From Octopus sinensis (lineage: Eukaryota), in assembly GCF_006345805.1 (NCBI RefSeq), contig NC_043004.1, positions 60,016,001 through 60,080,000 of the forward strand: DNA of 64,000 nucleotides, given 5' to 3'. Below, piece by piece: positions 1 through 12,266 of the stretch. The translations under genes and the position numbers were made by a program. Under the pieces are notes generated by a model, which did not search any database, was not told the origin of the DNA, and saw nothing but the letters and a program-made list of their open reading frames with translations. The stretch's first letter is position 1; each line of letters starts with the position of its first letter.

Positions 1-11
1 ACACATACATG

Positions 12-45
<34 letters not shown>

Positions 46-138
46 TATGAATATATATATATATATATATCACACTTTTTCACGCCCTTACTTTTTATGT
101 GTGTGTGATCGCAGTGTTTCCATATATCTATTAGTAGC

Positions 139-515
139 CTAGTAACCCGTCTTTGCCGGGCAATTTTTACAATAAGATGACTGTATATCATTTTTTTCCA
201 CATTCCGTGTCAAACGATCTCCTCCCAACCGATAGGCCTTTTGATCAGGACGGATTTCTGCATTATTTGGAGCAATTTGTAAAGTCTCCATAAACGATGT
301 ATTTTCTTAGTTCTGTGGTGCACAAATATAACGATTTTCTTCCTTTCTGCTCCTAAACATAGAACATAAAGCTGACAATGTATTAACCTGGGCTCTTCAA
401 CGTGTAAAATAGCAACTGAAACCTTTTGACTTTCCGATTTGTCAACAACTATCGCAAAATTAAGACACAATGCGGACTGAAGTAGTTTGAATTAAAATGA
501 GAGATGGTATCCTAA
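139..515 (-). mobile_element. Helitron 3' remnant (C-terminus of the RepHel Pif1-type helicase plus 3' hairpin and CTAG)
   Basis: Minus frame reads FKLLQSALCLNFAIVVDKSESQKVSVAILHVEEPRLIHCQLYV, a decayed form of the Helitron helicase motif FKRLQFPVRLxFAMTINKSQGQ..HGQLYV. It is followed by the hairpin CCCGGCAAAGACGGG (146-160) and CTAG (139-142). Confidence 0.8.
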
Positions 516-549
516 ATCCATGCGACAGAGGCTCGTGTGCGCTTATGAT

Positions 550-724
550 CTGATCGACGCATCAGTTAGATGATAATCTCATAAGACGCCCTTATTTTAT
601 CGACTACAAAATTATGAAGGGCAAAGTCGATATTCGCAGAATTTGAACTCAGAAATTAAACACAGTCGAAATGTCGCTGAAACATTTTGCCCAGCGTGCT
701 AATGATTCTGCTAGCTGGCCGCCT
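550..724 (-). mobile_element. tRNA-derived SINE, family A (degenerate)
   Basis: Reverse complement matches the copy at 55463 (GGCGGC.AGCT.GCAGAATC.TTAGC...TTCTGAGTTCAAATT...GTCGACTTTGCC.TTCAT). Confidence 0.75.
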
Positions 725-755
725 TATGTATGATATATTAAATGTTAAGATGGTA

Positions 756-761
<6 letters not shown>

Positions 762-813
<52 letters not shown>

Positions 814-864
814 TACTACTGTTGGTGGTGGTGGTGGTCCTCGTCGTCATGTTATTATTATCAT

Positions 865-912
<48 letters not shown>
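762..912. repeat. Compound trinucleotide microsatellite (ATT)n/(GGT)n/(AGT)n
   Basis: Seen directly; explains the poly-L/poly-N ORFs. Confidence 0.95.
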
Positions 913-2004
913 GAAGTAAGTAGTTCTGTGTACTTTATTGCGAACAATAATATTTAACGTGATGTAAAATATGTCAGGTCTATACATCTACAGACTTCAA
1001 GTCCAACGCTCTCAAGAGTTTGGACGTCCCTCAGTAATACGTTTTACGTCAGTTCCTAACAATTGAGTATGTTCCAAATCTATAGTATATCGATTTATGT
1101 CTTACAATTGAAGAAATATTTCCTTTTGTATTAATTCCGAGTCTAAATGCAATTATCTCAAAATCGGTCTTTTGTTAACAAGTTCACATGAGACCATCTC
1201 ATAATAATGGTTTGCATTGATTTGCTGTTGTTTTTTTTTTATTTTATTTATTTTATACGGATTGTGTAATATTAAGAAATTATGTCGCAAAGTAGCGCTG
1301 CAGAGGTTAACGAGCAAAATTTTGATAATTTTGTTATTTCATATTCAGGAGCTAATCACCCGTTGAGTTCGAATCACGAATGTTCGATTTCCTTTCATAC
1401 AATATGCTAGCAGCGTAAGGTTATTTATATGTGCTAATATATTACAAAAATAGTTTACATTTAAGACAAAAATGGTTTTGAGACATATTTTGAAGAAAAT
1501 GGTTACGTCTGTAGTAACGAAAATCTTATGAGAAATGCTTCTATTTTCCACTTCATCGCTTCCCTGTTTCGTGCTGCAGGCATTAACGCAATTATGTGTA
1601 CAAAATTCTAGACGGCATCCAATCTGATTAGAACGGAATTAGTATTATTTTAGAAAGTAAACTGACAGCAGCAAGGTTGATGAGCGATACGAGTTGGTAT
1701 AAATGGAAGTGAGTACAGTATCAGCAAGTTCTGTAAACCAGACGAATCGATCTTGATAGAAAATAAATATTTAGGTAACAAAATACATGAGGTCTAAAAT
1801 CTGGAGTTTATTGGTTTCCTGTCACGTGGCTTCTGTGTGAAATGTTCTACATTTGCGTGTCTACTAACATCTCTCTGCCCGATTTGAAAGCACTTGGATG
1901 TTGAGTTAAGACATATCTATCTTCGTACGTAAAACACTACCATATCACTCAAAATACATAAAACAATTCACCTTTAGCTACCTATCGGGTCAGTTCTGCA
2001 GGCT

Positions 2005-2089
2005 TTATCTAAATATCGTGCAGAGTCTCAATTTCCGCACACCGGAACATATCTCTAATTTATACGCACCAAACCATTTGGATTTTTTT
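2005..2089 (-). CDS. Candidate terminal coding exon of an unidentified host gene (KKSKWFGAYKLEICSGVRKLRLCTIFR*)
   Basis: Pyrimidine-rich acceptor TTCTTTGTTTATAG. Only the phase-2 frame stays open this far, and it is phase-compatible with an alternative donor at 7881. No homology recognised. Confidence 0.2.
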
Positions 2090-2613
2090 CTATAAACAAA
2101 GAATCAGGGATTTACTTGACATACTTAGGGTAAAATATTTATTTTCTTCTCAATGCAATGATAATATATCATGTCATTTGGTTTAATGTATAGCTGACTG
2201 GAACGAGTATGAAACTGAACACGTATATATCAGTATATATGGATCAGATAATAATCGATGTTACGAAAATTAAAGACACTACATTTGTCTCCACATTTAT
2301 CATAGTTTTACTGTTGTTTCAGATGTGTTGGGGGGAGGGCGTTCATGGTTCATCCTTATTAATTGATCGTTTGATTACGATCAACCAGTTAATTTATCTC
2401 TTGATTTGAAGAATCCGATGTTATTTGGAATTACACTTGAGAAAATTTAGGTAATTTTAGCCACTCAACAAACAGCTGCTTGTTACCATGGCAACCGTAC
2501 GTTGTATTGTGTTTCACTTCACCCGCACGCTGTGTTGTGTTGATTCTTCACATCACGAGATTTACTTCATACGCGTGTTTTGTTTTAATAAAAATTTATA
2601 TTTATCAATTATT

Positions 2614-2785
2614 AGGCACAGGAGTGGCTGTGTGGTAAGTAGCTTGCTAACCAACCACATGGTTCCGGGTTCAGTCCCACTGCGTGGCATCTTGGGCAAG
2701 TGTCTTCTGCTATAGCCCCGGGCCGACCAATGCCCTGTGAGTGGATTTGGTAGACAGAAACTGAAAGAAGCCTGTCGTATATATG

Positions 2786-2818
<33 letters not shown>

Positions 2819-3021
2819 TTGTGTTTGTCCGCCTAGCATTGCTTGACAACAGATGCTGGTGTGTTTACGTCCTCGTCACTTAGCGTTTCGGCAAAAGAGA
2901 CCGATAGAATAAGTACTGGGCTTACAAAGAATAAGTCCCGGGGTCGATTTGCTCGACTAAAGACGGTGCTCCAGCATGGCCGCAGTCAAATGACTGAAAC
3001 AAGTAAAAGAGTAAAAGAGTA
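2614..3021 (+). mobile_element. Full-length tRNA-derived SINE, family B (internal TA/TG microsatellite, (AAAAGAGT)n tail)
   Basis: A-box-like TGGCTGTGTGG, B-box-like GGTTCAGTCCC and a CORE/MIR-like CTTGGGCAAGTG. Highly similar copies at 19278, 50594 and 59400. Confidence 0.92.
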
Positions 3022-3384
3022 ATATTTTATTGTGAATATTTCACAAATTTTTCATATATATTTTACATATATTTCGTGAAGTTTTTCCGTGTTTACATTC
3101 GCTGCATCGAATGTCTTTCAGTTTAAGTCCAGGTCAGCCCAGATGCAGCCTTTCTGTATTTTTATTGAAGATGTACGTCAAAATTATTTAATGAGTCCTT
3201 CATTTTGTTTAATGTTAGAGCATATTGTGGGGGCGGTTTGGCTGTTATTTCTAGCAAATTGAACAAACACACAGAGATTGCCTCAGTGGCTCATTTGCTT
3301 ATGTGTATAAGTAAACAAAAAGTAAAGGAAATGGATCTTCAACTGTTTGTAGGATGATCATTCCAGTCGTATAATCAATTGAAC

Positions 3385-3512
3385 TGATTACACATTCAAA
3401 TGGTATTTATTTTATCAACCCTCGAGGGTTGAAAGGCAATGTCAACCTTGGTTGAATTTGAACTCAGAATGTAAAGCATTTTGCCCAGTGCAGTAATGAT
3501 TCTGTCCGCTTG
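3385..3512 (-). mobile_element. SINE family A fragment
   Basis: TATTTTATCAACCC...GAAAGGCAATGTCAACC...ATTTGAACTCAGAA is the antisense of the family A body. Confidence 0.65.
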
Positions 3513-3884
3513 TAGTATTATGGTTACGCATTATATTAATATATAACTTGCCGAGTATACCACAGCAAATATGGACTCACAACATAAGCCATAAGTAGAA
3601 TCAATACAACCCAGTGTGACATGGCTAGGCCTTTTAATTACAGGTTCACGATCTAATTATAGTGCAATTTGTCTGAGTATTCCATAGATATATGTGGCAT
3701 CAATGTGAATCTGGGACAGAATCAGTGTGACACCTGATGGACATAGCCAGTTTCAGCTGAATATTTCTCAACTATTCAAAAAAATACACCATTTGCGGAA
3801 GAAGATGTAGAGGATCACAACTAAGCTCACTTTCATAGGACAGCCAAAAGTTCGAATTTTGTTGACCAGTGCAATCAATCCATT

Positions 3885-3925
3885 TTCTTCTTCTTCTTCT
3901 TCTTCTTCTTCTTCTTCTTCTTCTT

Positions 3926-3956
<31 letters not shown>

Positions 3957-4392
3957 ATCCTTTTTGCCCCTTGTGGAGCATAGGGCCTCAACTTTTCCAC
4001 TTTTTGCGGTCATTGACGTGTTTCTTGGCTGCTTCCCATGTCAGTCCGATGGTCCTGAGCTTGTCCAAAGTGCTCCGCTTCCAAGTCTGATTCGGGCGTC
4101 CTGGCTTCCTTTTCCCCTGCGGGTTCCAGTCAAGTGCTTGTCGAGTGACAGTTCAGGGTTCGTTCCGCAGTGTATGTTCGATCCATCTCCATTTCCTTCG
4201 TCTAACCTGAACATGTAAGCGCTCCTGGTTGGCCCCTTCCCACAGGTCGGTGTTTGGCACTCTGTCGAACCACTTCAGACGGAGGATCTGCCGGAGACAT
4301 TTGTTGATGAAGGTCTGGATCTTCTTGTAGTTCCTGCAGGTGGCTGTCCAAGTTTCAGAGTGATACAAAAGCACAGATTTTACGTTTGAACT
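3885..4392 (-). mobile_element. 5'-truncated RTE-clade LINE, 3' end with (GAA)n tail
   Basis: Reads NVKSVLLYHSETW..IQTFINKCLRQILRLKWFDRV..RRRKWRWIEHTLR..LDWNPQGKRKPGRP, typical of the RTE/SR2 C-terminus. The (AAG)n tail spans 3885-3954. Confidence 0.9.
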
Positions 4393-4399
4393 CAGCAGA

Positions 4400-5690
4400 A
4401 TCTATTTCTATCCACTTATCTTCATAGACCCGAGTTCCTTTGGCATTTGCCCATATATGATTTATTTCCAGGAGATTTGGCTTCATTAACAATATAAATG
4501 ATGAAAGAGCTGAATCACAAGATCTACTTGCAGAATGGGAAGGTCCAAGATGTTGATGTAAAACATTGTATGATGGAGTTATCTTCGTGTGTCCTATCAA
4601 ATGTGTTCAAAGATGATGCAATACTAATTGTTTGTTTCATAATGGTGATGCACTAAATAGTGGTATTGCATCATCTTTATATGACTTATTAAATTCTATT
4701 AGAGATCTTTGCCAAGCAGTATGGGATAAGGTTGTGAATTCTGAAGTCAAGATATTGAGGCATACAGAGGATGTGACAATGGATCGGGATAGTTGGTGCT
4801 TTGCCGTGCTCAAGAAGACCTGTCCGTAGCAAGCAGAACACCTACTCAAAACCTCGTCACAGAATCTCACCGTGCTGTGTGCACTAGGAATACAACTTTT
4901 TAGTATCTCCTGTATCATATTCTGATGAGTTTTTGTTCGAAGATAATGAAAATCAATGTTCTTTTTGTATTTGATTAAAAATCTTGCCCCATGACTGACT
5001 TAAAAAAATTTTATGCTTGGTTGCATTCAGCTGGATTTTCAAAAACTAGAACCCTGATAGAAAAATATAAAAAAAGGGGGAAAAGATCCAAAACGTTTAA
5101 TCCATACCTGTTGAAATACATTTATTCTGTATTCCAGAACAACAAAAGGAATGTAATGCACATAAATTCAAATTAGTCAATAGCGAAGCTGCGGCAAGTC
5201 TAATAAAGAGAATGAAACACAATGGCAGATTGACTTTGTTATTGTTGTGGCCTGTAGTTCTTGCATGATCTTAATTGCTCTCTCACAGAATATATTGCTG
5301 CTGCGATGTTTAGTTTTGAGAGCAATGGTTTCCAATAATTTGTCAAGCATTTGAAAGGAGTCTGGTAGGGTAGTAATGCTTGCGATAGCTCTGCATAATC
5401 TTCAACTCTATACACTTGGTCATTGAAGCAGTAATCTGCCCAGTCATATGAGATGAGTTGGCAGACCATCTGCCATCTCTCACATGTGGCATGTGGTAAA
5501 ATGCAAGGAGGGTGAAGATTGATTGCGAATTCCATCTGGTGTTACTGATGTTCGGAATGTTTTACAAACTTGATTAAAGGCATGTTTCACTTTTCAGGAA
5601 GCGAATTCATATATCTATATCCATTTGTCTACTGCAAGCAATTTTCCTTCATGAAAAAAAAATACAGTAAATGGCTTCCTTACAGCTTGA
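4400..5690 (-). pseudogene. Unclassified decayed coding-like segment, possibly an old DNA transposase
   Basis: Several broken ORFs of 81-98 aa with non-repetitive, protein-like composition on one strand; no diagnostic motif recognised. Confidence 0.3.
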
Positions 5691-5749
5691 AAAAAACCTC
5701 GATCTTATTTATACTTGTAACAAGTTTACATATATGATTTTATGGTAGT

Positions 5750-7716
5750 ATGTCTTTTCGTCCGCTGTCAATTTGTCAAACGTCATTTAGTCCAGATCTT
5801 TTGGTCCGACGTCTTTTTGTCCGATGTATTTTTGTCCAACGACTTTTTGTCCAATTTTAAATAAACTCTTTAGAAAACAAGGTCAAATGTTTCTAATGAC
5901 ATATTCACAAAACTATAACGAGCCCCGTAATAGGATTGTTATTATCGTTCTTTTTCCTTCGCTGTTAACAGTTTATTTTCTCTTTTTCCTTCTCTCTCTT
6001 AAGTATGGCGCCGTGTATAGAGAGTGCTGCAAATTTAGAGTACACATTTTAAATTTATCCATCGCGAAATGGCGAAGTTCAAAGTATGGACCAAGAGCAA
6101 AAGAAAAGTAGTTGATGAAAGTAATAAGATCTACGATTTTCATTCAAGCAATACAAAACTAGGAAAAGAATACTGGAGATGTGAGCAAAAAAGGTTGTGT
6201 TCATTGTGAATTCACATGATAACGGAAAAAAATGAGCCAAAAATTATCTATTTTTCTAGTGAGTACCTTCATCCAGCTGATGTAAATTCGTTAAGTACGA
6301 GAAAAGCAGTTGCAGAAATGAAGCATGAAGCAAGGGAAAACATAGCAGCAAGATCGCGTAGCATAACAGTGGCTAAACTTAGGCAGCTAACAGAAAAACT
6401 TGTTCACAGCTTTATCGCTTGCATTACTTTCAAGGACTATTCAAAGGTGCCGAGAGAAAATTCTGGATTTCCCGCTAATCCAGGTACTAGAAATTGTTTT
6501 GAAATACCTGAAAAATATTGTAAACCTGATAATAGCGAACAGTTTCTGACATACGATTAGGGTATCGAGGATCAACAGCGCGAAATAGTATTTGCATCAG
6601 GAAGTGCTCTTCAGGATACAGCATCATATAGTCATAGGACATGTGATAGAACTTCAGCATTGTACCAGAACAGTGGTTTTGAACTGTTTAACATTCATGT
6701 ACCTGTTGAAAGTAGTAGTTTTCCACTAGTCTATGCATTACTGCCAAATAAAACAAAGCAGAAATACTAATTATTTGTCGAGCAATTGAAAATTATGTAT
6801 ATCCGCTTGTTTTCAGCGCAGAATTCGTAGTTGCATTGCATCATTCCCAAATTCATTTATCGTGGCATGTTTGTTTCATTTGAGCCATTCAGTATTTCGA
6901 AGAATTACGGATTTAAGCCTATAAGAAAAATACAATTACGACTCAGAATTCTGTCTTAAAATTCGATGTTTTTCAGCATTAGCCTTCCTACCCGTTGAAG
7001 AGGCCTACCAAGAATTAACAGACGATGAAGAAATAACTGCAGAATGTATCGCTTATTTTGACTTGACTTACATAGGCGTTGTGAGAGGAGGTGTTGCTAG
7101 AGGAAGGAGAGAACCACTTAATTCCCGATCGGTGTATGGAATGTTAATCAGCGTATTCTTTAAGAACTTCCCAGAACAAATAATGCTGCGGAGGGGATTC
7201 ATCTGCGATAAAGCATTCGGCGAGTGGAGCACATTTGAATATTTGGAGATTAATCAAACTCTGAAGGAAGTGGGAGGGTTCGTTCAAAGTAAAATGACTC
7301 AAATTCTTCGAGGAGATCCGTCAAATTCATGTACACGATATCGAGGAATAACTGAATGCCTCAAAAGATTGGTCATTGAATATGGGTCAAAACAGAAAAC
7401 TTATGTTTTTGAAGTGTGTGCCATATTACTTGCATCAATATTAAGTGATCGTAATAAATCATTAGTTGCATCTTATTAATTTTTTTAAATGACTTTTCTT
7501 GAATACATTTTTTCACAGTATTTTATTTGAATCTTATCAATAAAATTCTCAATGATTATTTGATTGTGATGTTCACCTTGTTTTCTAATAGGTTTGTCTA
7601 AAATTTAACAAAATGTCGTTGCACAAAAAAATTCATCGGACAAAAAGACGGAGATGAAGTGATGTTGGACAAAGTGACATCGGACGAAAAGTCACATCGG
7701 ACGAAATGCCGGGTTA
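5750..7716 (+). mobile_element. Mutator-like (MULE) DNA transposon, inactivated, with FLYWCH zinc finger and ~100-bp TIRs
   Basis: Reads KIYDFHS..KEYWRCEQKRLC (FLYWCH), FLTYD, VYALLPNKTK, CLFHLSHSV, ALAFLP..YFDLTYIG, PRTNNAAEG (MULE DDE domain), with stops and frameshifts. Inverted termini at 5750-5855 and 7610-7716 are built from GTCCGATG sub-repeats. Confidence 0.9.
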
Positions 7717-7897
7717 CGTGCTTTTATATAAGTACACAGTTTTGCATATGTGTACACATATGAATACCTAACGTCAGACAGTTAGATGTATACATTTGTC
7801 TTTATTCATACATCATAACTGAACAAAGCATTTTGGAAATCCTTATAAAATGTTTATAGTAACAGTCTCCCCAACTTAACCTATCCGAAGTACCCAC

Positions 7898-8004
7898 TTC
7901 AAAATTTCTTCGAAGAAAATTAATAACACCAACACCAAATCCAAGTTGAGTCGGACCTACGCTGTTTGACCAGGCGTAATTTTCGTATACATACTTTTTG
8001 AAAT
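7898..8004 (-). CDS. Candidate internal exon of an unidentified host gene (DFKKYVYENYAWSNSVGPTQLGFGVGVINFLRRNFE)
   Basis: Strong poly-T/AG acceptor; donor GTGGGT at 7897 (alternative GTTAAG at 7880). The frame stays open to a stop at 7802 and is phase-compatible with the 8650-8697 candidate. Confidence 0.4.
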
Positions 8005-8389
8005 CTAAAAAAAAAAACACACACACCAGCATCTTTTAATGTGGATTGAGTTTGACACACGTATTTCTGCCTTGGCTTCTACGTCTGACAACACTAACCA
8101 AAAACTAAATTTCACCTCCGTTTCTTTCTGACGATAATCAACTTACAAACACATAATTTGTTTCAATCCTCCTTTTATTTACCACTTCCTACACATTTAA
8201 TTGCTATTTCTACAAAGTATCTCAATTAACACCCGCGTAGTCTAGCTATTCTTCTCAAAAACCAAATCTACCAAAATCTACAATAAGAAGTAAACAAAAT
8301 CCTAGGGATGACGATGAGTCATTGTAAACCTTTCCCGTGTAAAGGACACTAATTATTACTCTCCCTTTCTCTCTCTTTCTCTGTCTCTC

Positions 8390-8422
<33 letters not shown>

Positions 8423-8649
8423 GACACGCACACGCAAACACTCACACATATGCATAGATGTGCATACATAGTGATGATATTTTTCCTATGGACTATGGCC
8501 CGTAGGTGGCGCTTTCAATGCATCGTAGAAGCGCTTGGTATTGTTGCTGCAGGTAGGTAAGGTAGGTATTATGTATGTATGTATGTATGTATGTATGTAG
8601 GTATGTAGGTAGGTAGGTAGGTAGGTAGGTGCATATAGTTCCGACACAC

Positions 8650-8697
8650 CAAATCCTCGGAGTGTTCGACTTCCTTTTCCATCAGAATTGCGTTCTC
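8650..8697 (-). CDS. Candidate 48-nt exon (xERNSDGKGSRTLRGF)
   Basis: Acceptor TTGTTTCTAACAG and donor GTGTGT. The phase 1-1 reading joins the 7898-8004 exon without a stop. Confidence 0.35.
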
Positions 8698-8829
8698 CTG
8701 TTAGAAACAATATAAGCATATTTTCGTTATGTAGCTTTATTCGAGATACAGTCTTCCCGCCCATGTACAACTGATGGATATTATCCGAGAAACATATAAT
8801 AAATATAAGCATAAAATGGATGGCAATGA

Positions 8830-9530
8830 ATGTGGTATATGAAATTTGCTATCTTGAGAGAGTTTAACGCAAATGAACGTCATGACAGCAAAAACTACAA
8901 AGATAAATTGCCATGATAAAATCTTCTGTTATCACTTTTAAGAGGATTCCTATAAAACACATCAAGAAATGAGGAAAGAAAGTAGAAATTTTATCTTAAT
9001 GTGGCATTCTCAGTAGCAACCAAGGAATTTAAATGCGCAAGTTGTAAAATGCCTGATAGAAAACATAGAGCTTCGACGTTTGGTGTTATGGAAAAACATT
9101 AAACATTGGCAAGGTGGAATAAAAGAACTCATCTACATTTGTATGACCAAATTGGAACTGAGTGCAATTCTCCTAAAGAACAGTCTGAGAAAAATCCTGA
9201 GATAGTTTGGAAATGTCATAATTGTTGTTGGAAAAGAACCAAGGAAACGCTAAGATGAGGATCCGGAATATAAATGGATTGATGGCATCATGGCATTTAT
9301 AAAACGGGAAACAAAACAATTAGTGCAGTCAACGGAAGATAGACATGAAGAAGAATTGTTGGAGGAACCTCTTGCACTAAAGAATTTGGAAGCTGCAAAT
9401 TGTGAGACAGGGTACAAATCTCCAGCAAATTCTAATAAGCTACACCGCGTTTTCTCAGTTAAACTATGCACTGATTTAATGAATTGATATTTACCAAGAA
9501 GACAAAGATTCCGGCTAGATCTAACATATG
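8830..9530 (+). pseudogene. Unclassified decayed coding-like segment (possible TE relic)
   Basis: Purine-rich broken frames (e.g. ELRRLVLWKNIKHWQGGIKELIYIC); family not recognised. Confidence 0.25.
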
Positions 9531-9864
9531 AAATTATGTACACCAATAAATACTGTATTTAACAAAATATTTATCTTCAAACAACTGTTTGAAGAAATCA
9601 TTCCATTGCTAACTTAAATAACAATTCTAATGTCTCTCACATATCTCAAGTGCACAGCAGAATTCCGATATTTGATAACCAACCAAGGCATCACGCGAGT
9701 GCATTTGAAATTCATCTTATTTGTTCAAGTGTTGATTCGTTAGCGTTAATTGTATATTGGACAACAAGATGTGGCGAAGGAATTAAGTCTAGTATGTGGA
9801 ATAAATTTCATGGCAAGGCGAAACACACAAACACACACACACACACATACACACACCACACACA

Positions 9865-9898
<34 letters not shown>

Positions 9899-10352
9899 AC
9901 ACACACACACATACACGCTCTCACTCACAGATGTACTGGCTGGTAAATCACCGACGGTTGAAATTTTATATTCAGTAACAGTTTGCTGAAAATACTACGA
10001 AGCCTCATATCCAAATCAATTTGTTCCAAAGAATAAAAGCAGCACCAAGATCACTGGTTTAACAATGATTCCGGTACCGTTATGCAATTTCCTTCTGCTA
10101 AAGGGGCTTCAACTCAAAGAGTAGGATTCTCTCACTCCCGGTTATATTATGGCAGTTGATACCACTACTGAGTTCATTCTTCATTTGCTAATTTTTGTTT
10201 GTCACCTTGCAGGTGTCAGTCGAAAAACACCATCCATACCACTAGGTGTTTGTCGGGAGAGTGGAACATCCACAACCCAATCGTACGACAAGATGTAGTT
10301 CTTTACATGCTACACGTAACCACTACGCACACACACACATACACACACACAA

Positions 10353-10419
<67 letters not shown>

Positions 10420-10424
10420 CATAT

Positions 10425-10728
10425 GTGGAGGCGCAATGGCCCAGCGGTTAGGGCAGCGAACTCGCGGTCGTAGGTTTCGATTCTCAGACCGGGCGTTGTG
10501 GGCGCTTATTGAGCGAAAACACATAAAAAGCTCCACGGGGCTCCGGCAGGGAGTGGTGGCGATCTCTGCTGTACTCTTTCGCCACAACTTTCTCTCACTC
10601 TTTCTTCTGTTGGCCTGCCCGCTTAGCCAGCGGGGTGGCGTCATTTGAAGGCTAAAACAATGCGAAGCGCATTGTGACCAGCGATGTGTAGCAACATCTG
10701 ATAGCCTGGTCGGTGACGGTGACAGTGA
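10425..10728 (+). mobile_element. tRNA-derived SINE, family C head with tail X
   Basis: Head GGAGGCGCAATGGCCCAGCGGTTAGGGCAGCG...GGTTTCGATTC; head and body shared with 51340-51611. Confidence 0.85.
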
Positions 10729-11428
10729 CATATACATATATTTATATACAAAATCAGATAACATAATGATGAACGATATCAGGCTGTAAAACAGGTTTAC
10801 ATCAGTGATTTCTACATCATGCAGCTGCTTAACGTAATGACTTTTTATTCATATATCATTACCATGTCTTTGAATGGAGCATCATCGGGTAGAATAAGAT
10901 GAATTCTTGCTGGATGCTTCTGTGTATTCGTATTTAGAAGTATTCAAAGTATTCAATCATATTCCAAATGATGAAGCACCCACACACGGCTATTTCTGAA
11001 ATATATTCAGCTATATATCAATTTTAAAGAGAGCTTCTACAAGGTGTATGAATATAAACTCAACAACTTAAAGCTAGTGTGCCGTACAGAAATAAATGTT
11101 GTGATCAACTATCGAAGCCTAATATCGTCTATCCTTGTGTTATATGTATCATGAACTCTTAGTCGTATGCAAAATGCAAAAAGGACTTATATTTGTATCC
11201 AGTTCTGGAATATATAGTACTGTAGGATAACATATGCTACCCGAATAATGACACATAACAGCTCTTTAATACACTTTACGAGGTTTTCACCCGCATTATA
11301 CTATATATGTATAAAGTAAATAAAAAAATGAAGAAGAAAAAGAAGAAGAAACACAAGGAAAAAACAACAAGGCGAGGACTGGGTACATGCTAAGTATTAG
11401 CAGACGCTCAGGGAAGGAAAGAAAGGTA

Positions 11429-11463
11429 GTTTTACATTTCTAGCAAAACTCTTCGTCAGAAAC
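11429..11463 (-). ncRNA. Decayed minimal type I hammerhead ribozyme motif (Penelope-like pLTR relic)
   Basis: GUUU-CUGACGA-A-GAG(UUUUG)CUA-GAA-AUGU-A-AAAC. Core and stem I are intact; helix II has a closing mismatch and the helix III ACGU palindrome has decayed to AUGU. Confidence 0.6.
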
Positions 11464-11628
11464 AGGAGGCGGAGAAAATCCATGAAGAAAGTATGACAGT
11501 CGGAAATAATCGCCAACGATCCACATGTGTTTTGATCCCAATAAGGAACAACTTTAATATCAGAACAGGCTACACCAAATCATTTTCAATGACATATGGT
11601 TATATATGGCATATATGACATATATATA

Positions 11629-12006
11629 CACTACCGTCAGAAATTAATTAGCACCCTTGATTTGCTCTTCACTCAAGGTATGTGCTGTCACCTAGTGGCC
11701 ATATCTCGAACTATTGCTTTGTTGCGAGTTCACTGTTGCGCAGAACGATGACGTAACTTTGTTTGCAGAGCAGTTTGAGAGTCTACAGCCTTATGATGTT
11801 GACATAGAAGTGCAACAACAACTTGGAGTGCGGATGCAGACAAATTCCTTTGTTTAATAGATATAGGTAGCGCCTCGCAAGGACCGAAATCACACCATAC
11901 TAAGTTTTCTCATCGCGTAAGACGTTTTGAACAGCTCATAGTTTAATTGATTTAACCTATTTAATGTAGAAATTTGAGAAGTGCTAATTAATTTCTGACG
12001 CAAGTG
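11629..12006. mobile_element. Tc1/mariner-type MITE
   Basis: 26-bp TIRs CACTACCGTCAGAAATTAATTAGCAC / GTGCTAATTAATTTCTGACGCAAGTG, flanked by TA on both sides. Confidence 0.85.
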
Positions 12007-12196
12007 TATAATCAAAATAAGCAACAAGAATGACTCCGGTAATTTGGTACGATCGTTTTGGTACCAAATCGTTTCGTAACAAAATCACCTACGGATTTTT
12101 ATGGATAACACCATACATAATTCTGGTGCATCTAAATTAAGTACCATGTTCATTTGAATCTAAATTTTTGCTGAACTTATATACACACACACACAC

Positions 12197-12258
<62 letters not shown>

Positions 12259-12266
12259 ATATATAT

